Positions 35,770-45,635 of a stretch of 45,635 nucleotides of DNA are shown here, piece by piece; position 1 is the stretch's first letter, and each line of letters begins with the position of its first letter. The stretch spans positions 1 through 45,635 of the forward strand of contig JBIOTN010000127.1 in the NCBI GenBank assembly GCA_044866005.1, read 5' to 3'. This DNA is from Candidatus Rokuibacteriota bacterium. GTDB lineage: Bacteria; Methylomirabilota; Methylomirabilia; Rokubacteriales; DASRDR01. The position numbers were made by a program, and so were the translations under genes. Below the pieces are notes generated by a model. It saw only the letters and a list, made by a program, of their open reading frames with translations. It was not told the origin of the DNA and ran no database searches.

Positions 35770-36658
35770 GGCTCGTCCGGCTGGGCGGAAGCCTCGCGCC
35801 GCCCGGGACGAGCGAAGCCGGCTCCGGGCGGCGCTGTCGCCGCGGCCCGTCCTGGAGGGAGGGGTCGGAGGGGGCGCGCGCCGACGAGTCCAGCAGGTCT
35901 TCCACGCCCCACGCCTCGAGCTGGGTGCGGACGTGGGCCAGCGAGATGACCGCCGTGGTGCCCGCCGGTACCTCCGCCGCGACCTGGGCCCCGGCCACGA
36001 TCAAGCGGGCCGTCCAGTACCCCTGGATCAGCCCCACGAGGCCGCCGGTCCGGGCGTCGAACACCCCACCGCCGCTCGCCCCTTCCGTCACCGTGCCATC
36101 CACGGTCCACCCCGCGCCGCCCGGCCCGGGGATCTCCCGGACGTGGCCCGGCCAGACGCGCGGGAGGCCGTCGGCGCCCATCGCGCCGAGCCAGACGTCC
36201 CCGCCGCGCTCCAGCGAGGGACCGAGGGCCGCGGGCCGGCATGCGGTGCCGACGGTCCGGAGGACCGCGAGATCCTGCTCGTCCGTGTCCACCTCGTAGA
36301 GCCGCTCGCCGGGCAGCCCCCGGCGGCCGGTGCCATCGGGCGGGAAAACGACGACGACGTCCACGCCGTCACCGCCGGGTGAGAGGACGTGGCCCGCGGT
36401 GAGGAGGTAGCAGGCCGGCGTCCCGTCTTCGTCCCGGGTCGCGATCACCACGCCCGACCCCCGGGCCACCACGCGACCGTCGCGCCGGACCAGCACCTGC
36501 GCGAGCGCGCCGTCCACTCCGCCGTGCGCGGGAGGGTCCAGGCGCCGGACGTGGCCGGAGAGCGCGACGAACAGGACCAGGAGTGAGCCGAGCCGGGCGA
36601 GCGTGAGCCAGGTGCCTTGCCGCCACCGCCCCGGAAGCGAGGCGCCCCGTGTGGGCAT
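35759..36658 (-). CDS. Trypsin-like (S1) serine protease, membrane-anchored or secreted
   Basis: GSGVVI, LTAGHV (His), DLAVL (Asp), GASGGGVF (Ser); N-terminal hydrophobic segment; start ATG 36658 inferred. Confidence 0.85.
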   Translation of the reverse strand: MPTRGASLPGRWRQGTWLTLARLGSLLVLFVALSGHVRRLDPPAHGGVDGALAQVLVRRDGRVVARGSGVVIATRDEDGTPACYLLTAGHVLSPGGDGVDVVVVFPPDGTGRRGLPGERLYEVDTDEQDLAVLRTVGTACRPAALGPSLERGGDVWLGAMGADGLPRVWPGHVREIPGPGGAGWTVDGTVTEGASGGGVFDARTGGLVGLIQGYWTARLIVAGAQVAAEVPAGTTAVISLAHVRTQLEAWGVEDLLDSSARAPSDPSLQDGPRRQRRPEPASLVPGGARLPPSRTSLSP

Positions 36659-36832
36659 GGCGCCACGAGGTGAGCAAGAAGGGTGCCCCGGCGCTCCTGC
36701 CACCGCGCCGGCCGCCCCGCGCGCGCTCACGCGCGCTTTCCCGGGGCCGGGGGGCGGGAGCGGGGCGAGAGCACGAGCGACCGGGTCAGGCGTCCGAGCC
36801 CGAAAGCCGGGCGAGCGCGCCAGGGTCGGGCC

Positions 36833-38740
36833 TCACGCGGTCGGAGCGCCGCCGGTCTCGCCGATCGGCAGCTCCAGGACGAACGTCGCGCCGCCGCCCG
36901 GCGTGTCGTCGACCCGCATGCTGCCGCCGTGGACCGCGAGGATCTCGCGCGAGACGGCGAGCCCGAGCCCGGTGCCTTCCCCCGGCGGCTTGGTCGTGAA
37001 GAACCAGTCGAAGATCTTCGCCTTGATCTTCGGCGGGATGCCGGGGCCGTCGTCCATGAAGCGGATCTCGACCTTGTGATCGATCACCCGGGTCTGGACG
37101 GTGATCCCCGTGCCCTTCTCGGCGCCGTCCATCGCCTGGCGCGCGTTGACGAGGAGGTTGATGAAGACCTGGCCGAGGCGGTGGGGGTCGGCCTGGACCT
37201 TCGGGACGGACGGGTCGAACGCGGCCGAGAGCTTGATGCCCGAGACCGAGCACGTCGGCCGCTCGAGGTCCATCGCGGTCTGGAGGATCTGGTGAAGGTC
37301 CACGAGCTCCAGCGTCGGCGGGTGCGGGCGGGCCACTGCGAGGAGCTCCCGCACGAGGCGCTGGGCGCGCTGCGCGGCTTCCATGATGTGGCCGGCCCGC
37401 TCGCGGGTCCGGTCCTCGCCCGACTCCTTCTGGATGAGCTGCGCGAAGGCCGTCACGGCGGTGAGCGGGGCGTTGATGTCGTGAACGACGCCGGCCATGC
37501 TCTGGCCGACGCTCGCCAGCCGCTCCGCCTCCATGAGGTGCGTCCGCGCCTGCGCCATCTCGGCCTCGAGCGCGCCGACGGCGGCGGCCCGATCCTGGTG
37601 CGAGAGCGCGAGCTGGAGCTGGCGCGCCAGTCCCTCGAGCACGCGGAGGTCCTCGCGGTGCGGCGTGTACTGGGGGTCTTCCCATCCCAGCACGAGGGCG
37701 CAGCGGGAGGACGCCTGGGCCACGCCGACGGGCACCAGGAGGCATCGCGCCGGCACGTCCCGGCCCGGCGCATCGACCACCGGCTCGCTCAGCCAGGCCG
37801 GGTCCCGCTCGTCGCAGACCCGGAGGACCTCGGGAGAGAGCACGAGCGTGACGCCGGCAAGGGCGTCGCGGGCCTGCGGGCCGCCGCTTGGCGCCCAGCC
37901 GGCCACCGCCGGGAGCCGGCCACCCTCGGCCGTCCCGAAGAAGGCCAGGGCGTGCGAGGGGTGGAAGGTGTCGCCCAGGCTCGGCATGAGCCGGACCAGC
38001 GCCGCCTCCGGCTCGATCTCCGTGCCGAACGCGTCGGTCACCGAGAGAAGGGTCTGGAGCGACCGCGCGCGCGTCTGGACGGTCTGCAGGAGGTTGGTCT
38101 GGTCGATGGCGAGGGCCGCGGTGTCCCCGAACAGGCGCAGCACCGCGAGGTCCTCTTCCGTGAACTTCTCGCCGCCCGCCAGGCGGTTCGCGTTGAGGAC
38201 GCCGACCACGCGTCCCTCGACCTGGAGGGGGACGGAGAGCGCGGAGCGGATCCGCCCTCCCTTTGGCGCGAAGTTGATGAATCGCGAGAAGTCGTCCCCC
38301 TCGTTCAGCAGGAGCGGCTTGCCCTCGCGCGCCACCCAGCCGGCGACGCCCTCGCCGATCCGCGCCCGCCGGATCCGGAGCGTCACGTGCTCGGATTCCT
38401 TCCGGGCCGAGACGACGGCGAGCTCGTCCCCCTCGACGAGCATGAGCGAGGCCTCGTCGGCGCTCAGGCAGTCGGCCGCGCCGTCGACGATGTGGCGGAA
38501 GAGCTCGCGGGGGGCGACGTTCTTCGTGAGGAGGCTGGACGTGACGGCCTGGACCCGCAGGATGTCTTCGAGCCGGAGCGCCGATTCGCGGCCGGCGGCG
38601 GCCTCTGTCCCGGACGGGGTCGGCGCGGGCGCGCCTTGCGGCGGGGCGATGACCTCGGGAGCGGGCCCATGGGCGCGCGTCGGGCCCCACAGCCCTGACA
38701 GCCAGCTCAAGAAGGAGCGGTTCGAAGACGCCTCACCCAC
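36833..38740 (-). CDS. Cytoplasmic sensor histidine kinase: GAF, GAF, HisKA, HATPase
   Basis: IGEGVAGWVAREGKPLL GAF; VHDINAPL; NLLVNARQAM, DDGPG, GTGLGL; start GTG 38740 after GGGAGG (inferred). Confidence 0.88.
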   Translation of the reverse strand: MGEASSNRSFLSWLSGLWGPTRAHGPAPEVIAPPQGAPAPTPSGTEAAAGRESALRLEDILRVQAVTSSLLTKNVAPRELFRHIVDGAADCLSADEASLMLVEGDELAVVSARKESEHVTLRIRRARIGEGVAGWVAREGKPLLLNEGDDFSRFINFAPKGGRIRSALSVPLQVEGRVVGVLNANRLAGGEKFTEEDLAVLRLFGDTAALAIDQTNLLQTVQTRARSLQTLLSVTDAFGTEIEPEAALVRLMPSLGDTFHPSHALAFFGTAEGGRLPAVAGWAPSGGPQARDALAGVTLVLSPEVLRVCDERDPAWLSEPVVDAPGRDVPARCLLVPVGVAQASSRCALVLGWEDPQYTPHREDLRVLEGLARQLQLALSHQDRAAAVGALEAEMAQARTHLMEAERLASVGQSMAGVVHDINAPLTAVTAFAQLIQKESGEDRTRERAGHIMEAAQRAQRLVRELLAVARPHPPTLELVDLHQILQTAMDLERPTCSVSGIKLSAAFDPSVPKVQADPHRLGQVFINLLVNARQAMDGAEKGTGITVQTRVIDHKVEIRFMDDGPGIPPKIKAKIFDWFFTTKPPGEGTGLGLAVSREILAVHGGSMRVDDTPGGGATFVLELPIGETGGAPTA

Positions 38741-39009
38741 GCCGGCCGGCCCTCCCGACGGTGACGGGTCCCGAGGATCGGCACAGTCTACCCCGAAGCC
38801 TCGCGCGCCGCCAACTTTCCCGAGGCCTCCGGGCTTTTGCGGAAGCGAAAACTCTTGGGGGCGGCGACCGGCGCGTGCTACGGTGGCGGGCACGGGTCGG
38901 GCCTGGTGGGCGCGGCGTCCCGGCCGTGTGGCCGAGGGCGGGCCAGTCCCGAGCGCTCGAGCCCGGCGCCTTCCGTCACGGCGTCCGGCGACCTAGGGGA
39001 GGATCGGCG

Positions 39010-39357
39010 ATGGGCGGCAGATGGGTTCTGGTGCTCGTGCTCGCGGCCGTGGTCGGGGCCGGATGCACGGCAGCGCAGCTGAAGGCGCAGAAAGATGACA
39101 GCTGGTCGCACGTCTCGCAGGCCCTGCCCGACAACTCCAACCCGACGCCCGGCGGCTTCGGCCATCCCTTCCGCGCGGCCGGGTTCCTGTTGCACCCGGT
39201 CGGGGTCGCCCTCGATTACGCCCTGGTCCGGCCGCTCTACATGCTCGCCGGGCTGGCTCCCGAGTGGTTCGGCTTGACCGCGGACGACGCCCACCGATAC
39301 CACGAGCACCACTGGGAGCTCGTGACCCCGCAGAACAGCCCGCGCCGATTCGAGTAG
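39010..39357 (+). CDS. Hypothetical lipoprotein
   Basis: GGGGAGG SD then ATG 39010; hydrophobic signal ending VGAG-C. Confidence 0.7.
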   Translation: MGGRWVLVLVLAAVVGAGCTAAQLKAQKDDSWSHVSQALPDNSNPTPGGFGHPFRAAGFLLHPVGVALDYALVRPLYMLAGLAPEWFGLTADDAHRYHEHHWELVTPQNSPRRFE

Positions 39358-39366
39358 CCTCAGACA

Positions 39367-39453
39367 TCGGAGGGGGCCTCGACGGCCCCCTCCGAGGCAC
39401 CCCACCTCGACGGGCTGGGCGGGCGGGCCGCCGGCGAAGCCGGCGCCCGGAGC
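39367..39453 (+). repeat. Full copy of the bipartite intergenic hairpin repeat
   Basis: Perfect 12-bp stem TCGGAGGGGGCC-TCGAC-GGCCCCCTCCGA, then CCTCGACGGGCTGGGCGGGCGGGCCGCCGGCGAAGCCGGCGCCCGGAGC. Confidence 0.75.
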
Positions 39454-39668
39454 GCGTCGCTCAAGACCGCGCGGCCTGCTGCAGGGTGGCGTTCGTCCTG
39501 CGCGTCGCGTCCCGCGGAAGGCAGGGCGCCGCCGCCCGCTGACGGGATGAGGAGACGGCCTTCGCGGAGGGCCCGCGCCCCTCGACGGGACGGCCCGGAA
39601 TCGCGAGCCGGAGGCCCAGGACGCCCCGGCGGTAGGGACCGGGGGGGGGCGCCCCCGTCCAGCGGAAC

Positions 39669-40091
39669 CTACCTGATGGCGGCGGTCGCCGGTCGGGACG
39701 TCGGTCGGGTCGTCGCGATGTCGAGGTAGGTGTAGTAGTTGAAGAGCCCGGCTTCCCAGATCCGCAGCTGGAGCGAGGCCTCCTGCTTCTCGTAGAGCTG
39801 CGTCGTCCCCAGCGCGCTGATCGACGTGCTGCGGACCAGGCGCCAGCCGTTCGCCTCGAGCCCCTTCTGCATCTCCACGGCGAGACTGCCCGGCTCCATC
39901 CGCCCACGATAGAGCAGCCGCGCCGCGCGGACGCTCGGCGACTCGATGATCATCGACTCGTCCACCCGGTAGGAGAGCCCCGCCAGTACCGGGATGTCCG
40001 CGAACTCGCCACGGACCGGCAGCGTCGTGGTCGCACAGGCGGTCAGCAGGAATACGGCCAGGATCGCGGTGAGGGCCAGTTGTGTTTTCAT
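39669..40091 (-). CDS. Hypothetical lipoprotein
   Basis: MKTQLALTAILAVFLLTA-C lipobox; FADIPV, NGWRLV; extended -10 TGcTAGGCT 7 nt upstream. Confidence 0.75.
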   Translation of the reverse strand: MKTQLALTAILAVFLLTACATTTLPVRGEFADIPVLAGLSYRVDESMIIESPSVRAARLLYRGRMEPGSLAVEMQKGLEANGWRLVRSTSISALGTTQLYEKQEASLQLRIWEAGLFNYYTYLDIATTRPTSRPATAAIR

Positions 40092-40233
40092 GGTCGGGAG
40101 CCTAGCAAGCACGCCCCGCGCCCACCAAAAAAAATCGGCCCGCGGACCTCCGGCGCGCGCGCGACCCGGCGATGAGGTACGCGGGAATTGCCGGACCCCT
40201 GTGTCATAATCGAAAGTCACCCCCGGGGGCGGC

Positions 40234-43200
40234 ATGAGGCGAGAGCGAGGAACCAGGGGCACGCGCGGCCGTCCGCACGATCGTGGAGTCGGGCCGCGCT
40301 CCGCGCGGCGCGGCGACGGGCGGGTGCTCTCGAGCGTCGGCCGCGCCATCGCCGGGACGCTCGACCTCACCGAACTGTTGCGGCGCGTGGCCCGGGAGAC
40401 GGCTCGGGCGCTCTCCGCCGACACGGTCGCCGCCTTCCTCGTCGAGCCCGACGGCCACGGCCTCCGTCCGGTCGCCGGCTACCACGTGCCCGCGCGGCTC
40501 GTGGAGGCGGCCCGCGCGACGTCCGCGCGGCTCGACGCGAGCCGGTGCTTCCCCGACGCCTGGGCGTCGGGTCGGCCCGCCGTCTCGGGCGCCGGCGGCA
40601 CCGGCCCGCGGATCGCGCGCGCGACGCTCGCGCGCTTCGGCGCGCGCTCGATGCTCTTCGTCCCCGTCGTGGTCAAGGAGACGCCGGTGGCCGGGCTCCT
40701 GGCGCTGTGGTGGACGCGCACGCACCGCGCGACCGCGAGCGAGCTGCGCCTGGTGGAAGCCTTCGGCCAGCAGGTCGGGCTGGCGATCGAGAGCCTGCGA
40801 CTCTACGAGGAGGCCGAGCGGCGCTGCCGAGAGAGTCAGATCGTCGCGGACCTCGGCCAGACGCTCAACGCCTCGCTCGACCTCGACACGATCCTCCAGG
40901 GTGTCGCCCATGCCGCCCGTGATCTCTGCCAGAGCGACCTGGCGCACATCGCGCTCCGGGACCCGGCGACGTCCGCGATGGTCTTCCGCTACTGGGCCGG
41001 CACGCGGACGCGCGGCGCCCAGCCTTTCACCGTGGAGTCGGGCAAGGGGCTCGGGGGTCAGGCCCTCCTGACGCGGCGGCCGGTGCGGACCGACTCTTAC
41101 CCGGAGGACCCGCGCTTCAGCAAGGACTACCTTGCCGCCGTCGAGGCCGAGGGCATCGTCGCCTCGATGGCCGTCCCGATCGTCAGCGGCGAAGAGGTCC
41201 AGGGACTCCTGTTCGTGGACAACCGCTCGCCGCGACCGTTCACGGACCGGGAGGAGACCCTCCTGCTCTGCCTCGCGGAGCAGGCTGCGAGCGCGATCCG
41301 GAACGCGCGACTCTATGCGGAGACGGAGCGCCGCCGGCGGGTGGCGGAGGGCGTGATCGGCCTCGGTCGCCTCGTCGCCCAGTCGCTCGATCCGGCGGAG
41401 GTCGCGCAGCGGATCGCGGACAGCGTCCGCTCGTTGCTCGCGGCGCAGGCCTCCACGCTCTATCGCCTCGAGCCGGACTCCGAAGACCTCGTCGCGCTCG
41501 CCGTCTCCGGCGAGGTCGGTCCGGCCGGCACGCGGATGGTGCTGCGCCGCGGGACCGGGCTCTCCGGGCTCGCCGTCCGCGACCGCGGTCCTGTCGCCAC
41601 GACGCAGATCCTCGCCGACCCTCGGGTCACCCTCACGCCCGAGACGCGCGCGCAGATCGAGCAGGCGCCGTACCGGGCGGGGCTCGCGGTCCCGCTCGTG
41701 GGCAAGGACGGGGTCATCGGCGCGCTCGCCGTGGCGGACCGCGGCGGTCGGGTGTTCACGGACGAGGAGACCCGGCTGGCCGAGAGCTTCGCCGACCAGG
41801 CCGCGCTCGCGCTGGAGAACGCCCGGCTGTTCGCGGAGACGGAGCACCGCCGGCGGCAGGCCGACGAGCTGGCCCGCCTGGCACGGACGTTGACCGAGAC
41901 CCTCGACGTCTCGGCCGTGGGCGAGCGGATCGTGCGGAGCCTGATGCCGCTCTTCGCCGTGCGCTCTGCAGGCCTTCGGCTGCTGCAGCCCGATGGCTCG
42001 ATGGTGGCGGTGGCCGCGGCCGATCCGTGGAGCGCGCACGCCCCGCCGGGGGACGTCCTGCCACCCGGGATGGGGATCTCGGCACGCGTCCTCGCCGAGG
42101 GTGGACCGGTCTGGACCGAAGACATCCTGCGCGACCCGCGGATCGCGCTTCCGCCCGACAGGCGGCAGTGGGTCCTGGCGTCCGGACAGCACGCGTTCCT
42201 CGCCGTTCCGCTCGAGGTCAAGGGGCGAATCATCGGCGTGCTCTCGGTCGCGGACCGGACGGGGCGGCGGTTCGGGAGCGCCGACGCGGACCTGCTGCGG
42301 CTCTTCGCCGATCAGGCGGCCGTGGCGCTCGAGAACGCCCGGCTCTACGCCGAGACCAGCCAGCGGCTCCGCCAGACGCAGGCGCTCCTCCGGGTCGCGG
42401 AGATCCTGGGCTCGACACTCGACTCCCGGCGGCTCCTCAAGAAGGTCGCGATCAAGACCGCCCAGGTCTGCGAGGTGGATCGCTGCCGCATCGAGCTGTG
42501 GGAAGGAGACCGGATCGTCCCCATCACGTCCCAGTTCGCCGACGGCCACGACGAGCCCGAGCCCGTCGGGTTCCCGGCCGCGGCCCCGTCCGCCCGCGTC
42601 CCGGCCTACGCGGTCGCGGCGCAGACCAGGCGCCCGGTCGTCATCCCCGAGACCACCGGTAGCCCGCTGATTCCGCCCGATTGGATCACGGTCCAGGGGC
42701 TCCGCGCGTGCCTCGTCGCGCCGCTCATCCGGCGCGGCGAGGTGGTCGGCATCATGAGCCTGGACTGCCTGAAGCCGACCGACGCCTTCCAGCAGTGGCA
42801 GGTGGACCTGGCCGTGACCATCGCCGGAGAGGTGGCGCTGGCGCTGGAGAACGCGCGCCTGTTCACCGAGACCCGGAATCGGTTGCGCGAGAGCGAGACG
42901 CTCTCCGCGGTCGGCCACGTCCTGTCGCTGAACCTGCCCATCGACGAGGCCATGCGTCGGGTGGCGCGGGAGGTCGCGCGCGCGCTGGACGCCGACATGG
43001 CGGGGGCGTACTTCCTCGACGCGCGGAAAGAAGCGCTCGTGCCCATGGCGGGGTATCACGTCCCCACGGAGCTGCGGGACAAGCTCCTGGGGACGCCCTT
43101 CCCGCTGGCCCGCTTTCCGCTGCTGCTGGAGGCCTGGCAGTCGCGCCGGCCGGCCTGGACCGCCGACTACCGGACCGACCCCCGCGTGGACCAGGCCTTC

Positions 43201-45588
43201 TTCGCCGAGCACCGGCCGGGCGCCCTCCTCTTCGTGCCGACGCTCCTCCGCGGCGACATCGTGGGCGGGCTGTTCCTCGTCTGGTGGACGCCCGGACGGA
43301 GCATCTCGGCCGCCGAGCTGCGGCTCGCCGAGGGCGTCGCGTCCCAGGTCGGGCTCGCGCTGGAGAACGCCGAGCTGGCGCGGCAGACGCAGGAGAAGCT
43401 CCGGGAGACCGAGACGCTCCTGACCGTGAGCCGCGCCCTCTCCTCGACGCTGGACCTCCAGCCGCTGCTCCGCCACTTCCTCCGCCAGGTGGCGCGGACG
43501 ACGGGCGCGGACTCGGTCGGGGTCTGGCTGGTCGATCCGGCGACCGGCTGGCTCGAGCCCCTCTCGGGCTATCGCGTCCCGCGCGCGCTCCAGGCCGCGG
43601 TCCGCGCCTACCGCATCGACCCGGCGGCCAGCCCGTTCTACGCCGAGGGGATCGCCAGCCGGCGGGCGGTGCTCTCCACCAACGTGCCCGAGGATCCGCG
43701 CATCCCGGCCGTCTTCAAGACGGTGGTGCCGCACCGGGCCCAGCTCTTCACCCCCATCGTCGCCAAGGAGCGGGTGATCGGCGCCTTCATCGCGGCGTGG
43801 TGGGAGCGTGGCCGCGACTTCTCCGAGCGCGAGCGCGCGTTGCTCGAGGCGATGGCCAGCCAGGCCGGGATGGCGATCGCGAACGCCGAGCTGTTCCACG
43901 AGAACCAGCGGAAGGTCGACGAGCTCTCGGTGCTCCACGAGCTCTCCCGTGCCGTCACCGGCCAGCTCGACGTGGCCCGGCTGGTCGAGGCGATCCACCG
44001 GCAGGTGGGGCGCGTCCTCGAGGCCCGCAACATGGTGGTGTTCCTCTTCGACGAGACACGCCGCGAATTCGAGGTGGCGCTGCGGATGCTCGGGGGCGAG
44101 CCGGACCCGAACCCCGTCCGCCGCTACCCGCTGGGGCACGGGCTGATGACCCGGGTCTTCGAGCGGCGGCAGGCGATCCGGACGACGGATTACGCCGAGG
44201 CGTGCGCCCGCGAGGGCCTGGAGCCCGTCAAGACCTCGCTCGGCTTCCGCCACTGGCTGGGCGTCCCGCTGATCGCGGGGGACACCGCGCTCGGCGTCCT
44301 GGCCGTCCGCGACGCGGTCCAGGCGTTCACCGAGGCCGACGAGCGGCTCCTCGTCAACATCGCGGGCCTGGCCGCGCTGGCCATTCGGAGCGCCCGGCTC
44401 TACGAGGACCGCACCCGCGCCCACGACGAGCTGGCGGCCGCGCAGGACCAGCTCGTCCGCAGCGAGAAGCTCCGGGCGCTGGGCGAGATGGCGGCAGGCG
44501 TGGCGCACGACTTCAACAACATCCTCGCCGCGATCATGGGCCGCGCCCAGCTCCTCCTCGCGCAGCTCGAGGATCCCGCGCAGCGGCGGCAGCTCCAGAT
44601 CATCGAGACGGCGGCGATGGATGGGGCGCGCACGGTGCGGCGCATCCAGGAGTTCACCCGGATGCGCCGGGCGCGCGCCTTCGAGTCGGTGGACCTGAAC
44701 CAGGTGGTCGAAGAGGTGGTGGAGGTGACGCGCTCGCGGTGGCGCGACGAGGCCCTGGCCAAGGGCGTCAGCTACGAGGTGCGCGTGGAGCCCACGCCGC
44801 TGCCACCCGTCGCCGCGGATCCGTCCGAGCTGCGCGAGGTCCTGATGAACCTGGTGTTCAACGCCCTGGACGCCATGCCGGCCGGCGGGCGCGTCACCTT
44901 CAGCACCGCCGCGGACGGCGGTCGCGTGTCCTGCGTCGTCACCGATACCGGGGTCGGCATGACCGACGAGGTGCGACAGCGCGTCTTCGATCCCTTCTTC
45001 ACGACCAAGGCCGAGAAGGGGACCGGGCTCGGCCTGAGCATCGCCTACGGCATCATCACCCGGCACGGAGGCAGCATCGACGTCGCGACCGCGCCCGGCC
45101 AGGGAAGCGCCTTCACCATCCGGCTGCCGGTGGCGGGCGCGCCGCCGGGGGTGCCGCCGGTCGACGCCGCACCAGGGGCGCCCCGCGGGGCGAAGATCCT
45201 GCTGATCGACGACGAGCCGCACGTGCGGGACGTGCTCGCCGACCTGCTTGCCAGCCAGGGCCACGCCGTCCTCGCCTGCGCCGACGGCCGTAGCGGGTTG
45301 GAGCGGCTCCGCGCGGAGCCCTTCGATCTCGTGTTCACCGACCTCGGGATGCCGGGGGTCTCGGGCTGGGAAGTCGCGCGTCTGGCGCGCCTCGCCCGGC
45401 CCGGGATCCCGATCGTCCTGGTGACGGGCTGGGGGGACCAGATCGACCGCGCCGAGGCGCGCGGCCGGGGGATCGACTTCGTGGTGGCCAAGCCCTTCGA
45501 GGCCAACGCGGTGAAGGCCGCGCTCGCCGGGGCCTTGGCCTCCGCCAAACGCGAGACCCTCCCCGGGCCGGGACCCGAGCAGCCCTAG
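40234..45588 (+). CDS. Giant hybrid histidine kinase: 8 GAF, HisKA, HATPase, REC
   Basis: Eight repeats ending in A(L/I)ENARL(Y/F)-like helices; [45 protein letters not shown]. Confidence 0.93.
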   Translation: MRRERGTRGTRGRPHDRGVGPRSARRGDGRVLSSVGRAIAGTLDLTELLRRVARETARALSADTVAAFLVEPDGHGLRPVAGYHVPARLVEAARATSARLDASRCFPDAWASGRPAVSGAGGTGPRIARATLARFGARSMLFVPVVVKETPVAGLLALWWTRTHRATASELRLVEAFGQQVGLAIESLRLYEEAERRCRESQIVADLGQTLNASLDLDTILQGVAHAARDLCQSDLAHIALRDPATSAMVFRYWAGTRTRGAQPFTVESGKGLGGQALLTRRPVRTDSYPEDPRFSKDYLAAVEAEGIVASMAVPIVSGEEVQGLLFVDNRSPRPFTDREETLLLCLAEQAASAIRNARLYAETERRRRVAEGVIGLGRLVAQSLDPAEVAQRIADSVRSLLAAQASTLYRLEPDSEDLVALAVSGEVGPAGTRMVLRRGTGLSGLAVRDRGPVATTQILADPRVTLTPETRAQIEQAPYRAGLAVPLVGKDGVIGALAVADRGGRVFTDEETRLAESFADQAALALENARLFAETEHRRRQADELARLARTLTETLDVSAVGERIVRSLMPLFAVRSAGLRLLQPDGSMVAVAAADPWSAHAPPGDVLPPGMGISARVLAEGGPVWTEDILRDPRIALPPDRRQWVLASGQHAFLAVPLEVKGRIIGVLSVADRTGRRFGSADADLLRLFADQAAVALENARLYAETSQRLRQTQALLRVAEILGSTLDSRRLLKKVAIKTAQVCEVDRCRIELWEGDRIVPITSQFADGHDEPEPVGFPAAAPSARVPAYAVAAQTRRPVVIPETTGSPLIPPDWITVQGLRACLVAPLIRRGEVVGIMSLDCLKPTDAFQQWQVDLAVTIAGEVALALENARLFTETRNRLRESETLSAVGHVLSLNLPIDEAMRRVAREVARALDADMAGAYFLDARKEALVPMAGYHVPTELRDKLLGTPFPLARFPLLLEAWQSRRPAWTADYRTDPRVDQAFFAEHRPGALLFVPTLLRGDIVGGLFLVWWTPGRSISAAELRLAEGVASQVGLALENAELARQTQEKLRETETLLTVSRALSSTLDLQPLLRHFLRQVARTTGADSVGVWLVDPATGWLEPLSGYRVPRALQAAVRAYRIDPAASPFYAEGIASRRAVLSTNVPEDPRIPAVFKTVVPHRAQLFTPIVAKERVIGAFIAAWWERGRDFSERERALLEAMASQAGMAIANAELFHENQRKVDELSVLHELSRAVTGQLDVARLVEAIHRQVGRVLEARNMVVFLFDETRREFEVALRMLGGEPDPNPVRRYPLGHGLMTRVFERRQAIRTTDYAEACAREGLEPVKTSLGFRHWLGVPLIAGDTALGVLAVRDAVQAFTEADERLLVNIAGLAALAIRSARLYEDRTRAHDELAAAQDQLVRSEKLRALGEMAAGVAHDFNNILAAIMGRAQLLLAQLEDPAQRRQLQIIETAAMDGARTVRRIQEFTRMRRARAFESVDLNQVVEEVVEVTRSRWRDEALAKGVSYEVRVEPTPLPPVAADPSELREVLMNLVFNALDAMPAGGRVTFSTAADGGRVSCVVTDTGVGMTDEVRQRVFDPFFTTKAEKGTGLGLSIAYGIITRHGGSIDVATAPGQGSAFTIRLPVAGAPPGVPPVDAAPGAPRGAKILLIDDEPHVRDVLADLLASQGHAVLACADGRSGLERLRAEPFDLVFTDLGMPGVSGWEVARLARLARPGIPIVLVTGWGDQIDRAEARGRGIDFVVAKPFEANAVKAALAGALASAKRETLPGPGPEQP

Positions 45589-45590
45589 TT

Positions 45591-45635
45591 GCCTCGGGGG
45601 GGTCTGGGGAGCCCCCCCGAGGCCCCCCGCCGTTG
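45591..45635 (+). repeat. Partial (5' part) copy of the intergenic hairpin repeat, truncated by the window end
   Basis: GCCTCGGGGGGG-TCTGGGGAG-CCCCCCCGAGGC 12-bp stem, starting 2 nt after the kinase stop. Confidence 0.65.

Noticed and set aside
40204..45264. 1686-aa minus-strand ORF
   Set aside because: Antisense shadow of the eight-GAF kinase; no motifs, and long stop-free frames are expected at this GC content.
1..45635. CRISPR array, tRNA/rRNA, integrase or transposase, defence genes
   Set aside because: No regularly spaced repeats, RNA-gene signatures or such protein motifs were seen.

Overview
Very GC-rich, gene-dense bacterial chromosomal window. The ABC-transporter and sensor-kinase load and the intergenic repeat style suggest a Rokubacteria/Methylomirabilota-like genome, which is inference only. 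In order it carries: two tandem branched-chain-amino-acid (Liv-type) ABC operons; nudC and a YbaK-family gene; a type IV pilus motor operon (small Sm-fold-like protein, single-domain response regulator, catalytically dead MshEN-PilB-like protein, pilT, pilU-like); housekeeping genes; a tightly coupled six-gene minus-strand operon (FabF-type ketosynthase, ACP, atypical second ketosynthase, 7TM sensor kinase, His-less pseudokinase, REC-first hybrid kinase); a VOC enzyme; ampG-nagZ; a 'headless' but intact GspE/PilB ATPase; a trypsin-like protease; a GAF-GAF kinase; two lipoproteins; and a 1784-aa eight-GAF hybrid kinase. A short bipartite hairpin repeat occurs about 7 times between genes and at both window ends. 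I found no rRNA, tRNA, CRISPR array or transposase. The best candidates for undescribed systems are the ketosynthase-plus-sensor operon (possible lipid/polyketide signal-and-response cassette) and the pseudo-ATPase/headless-ATPase pilus motor pair.
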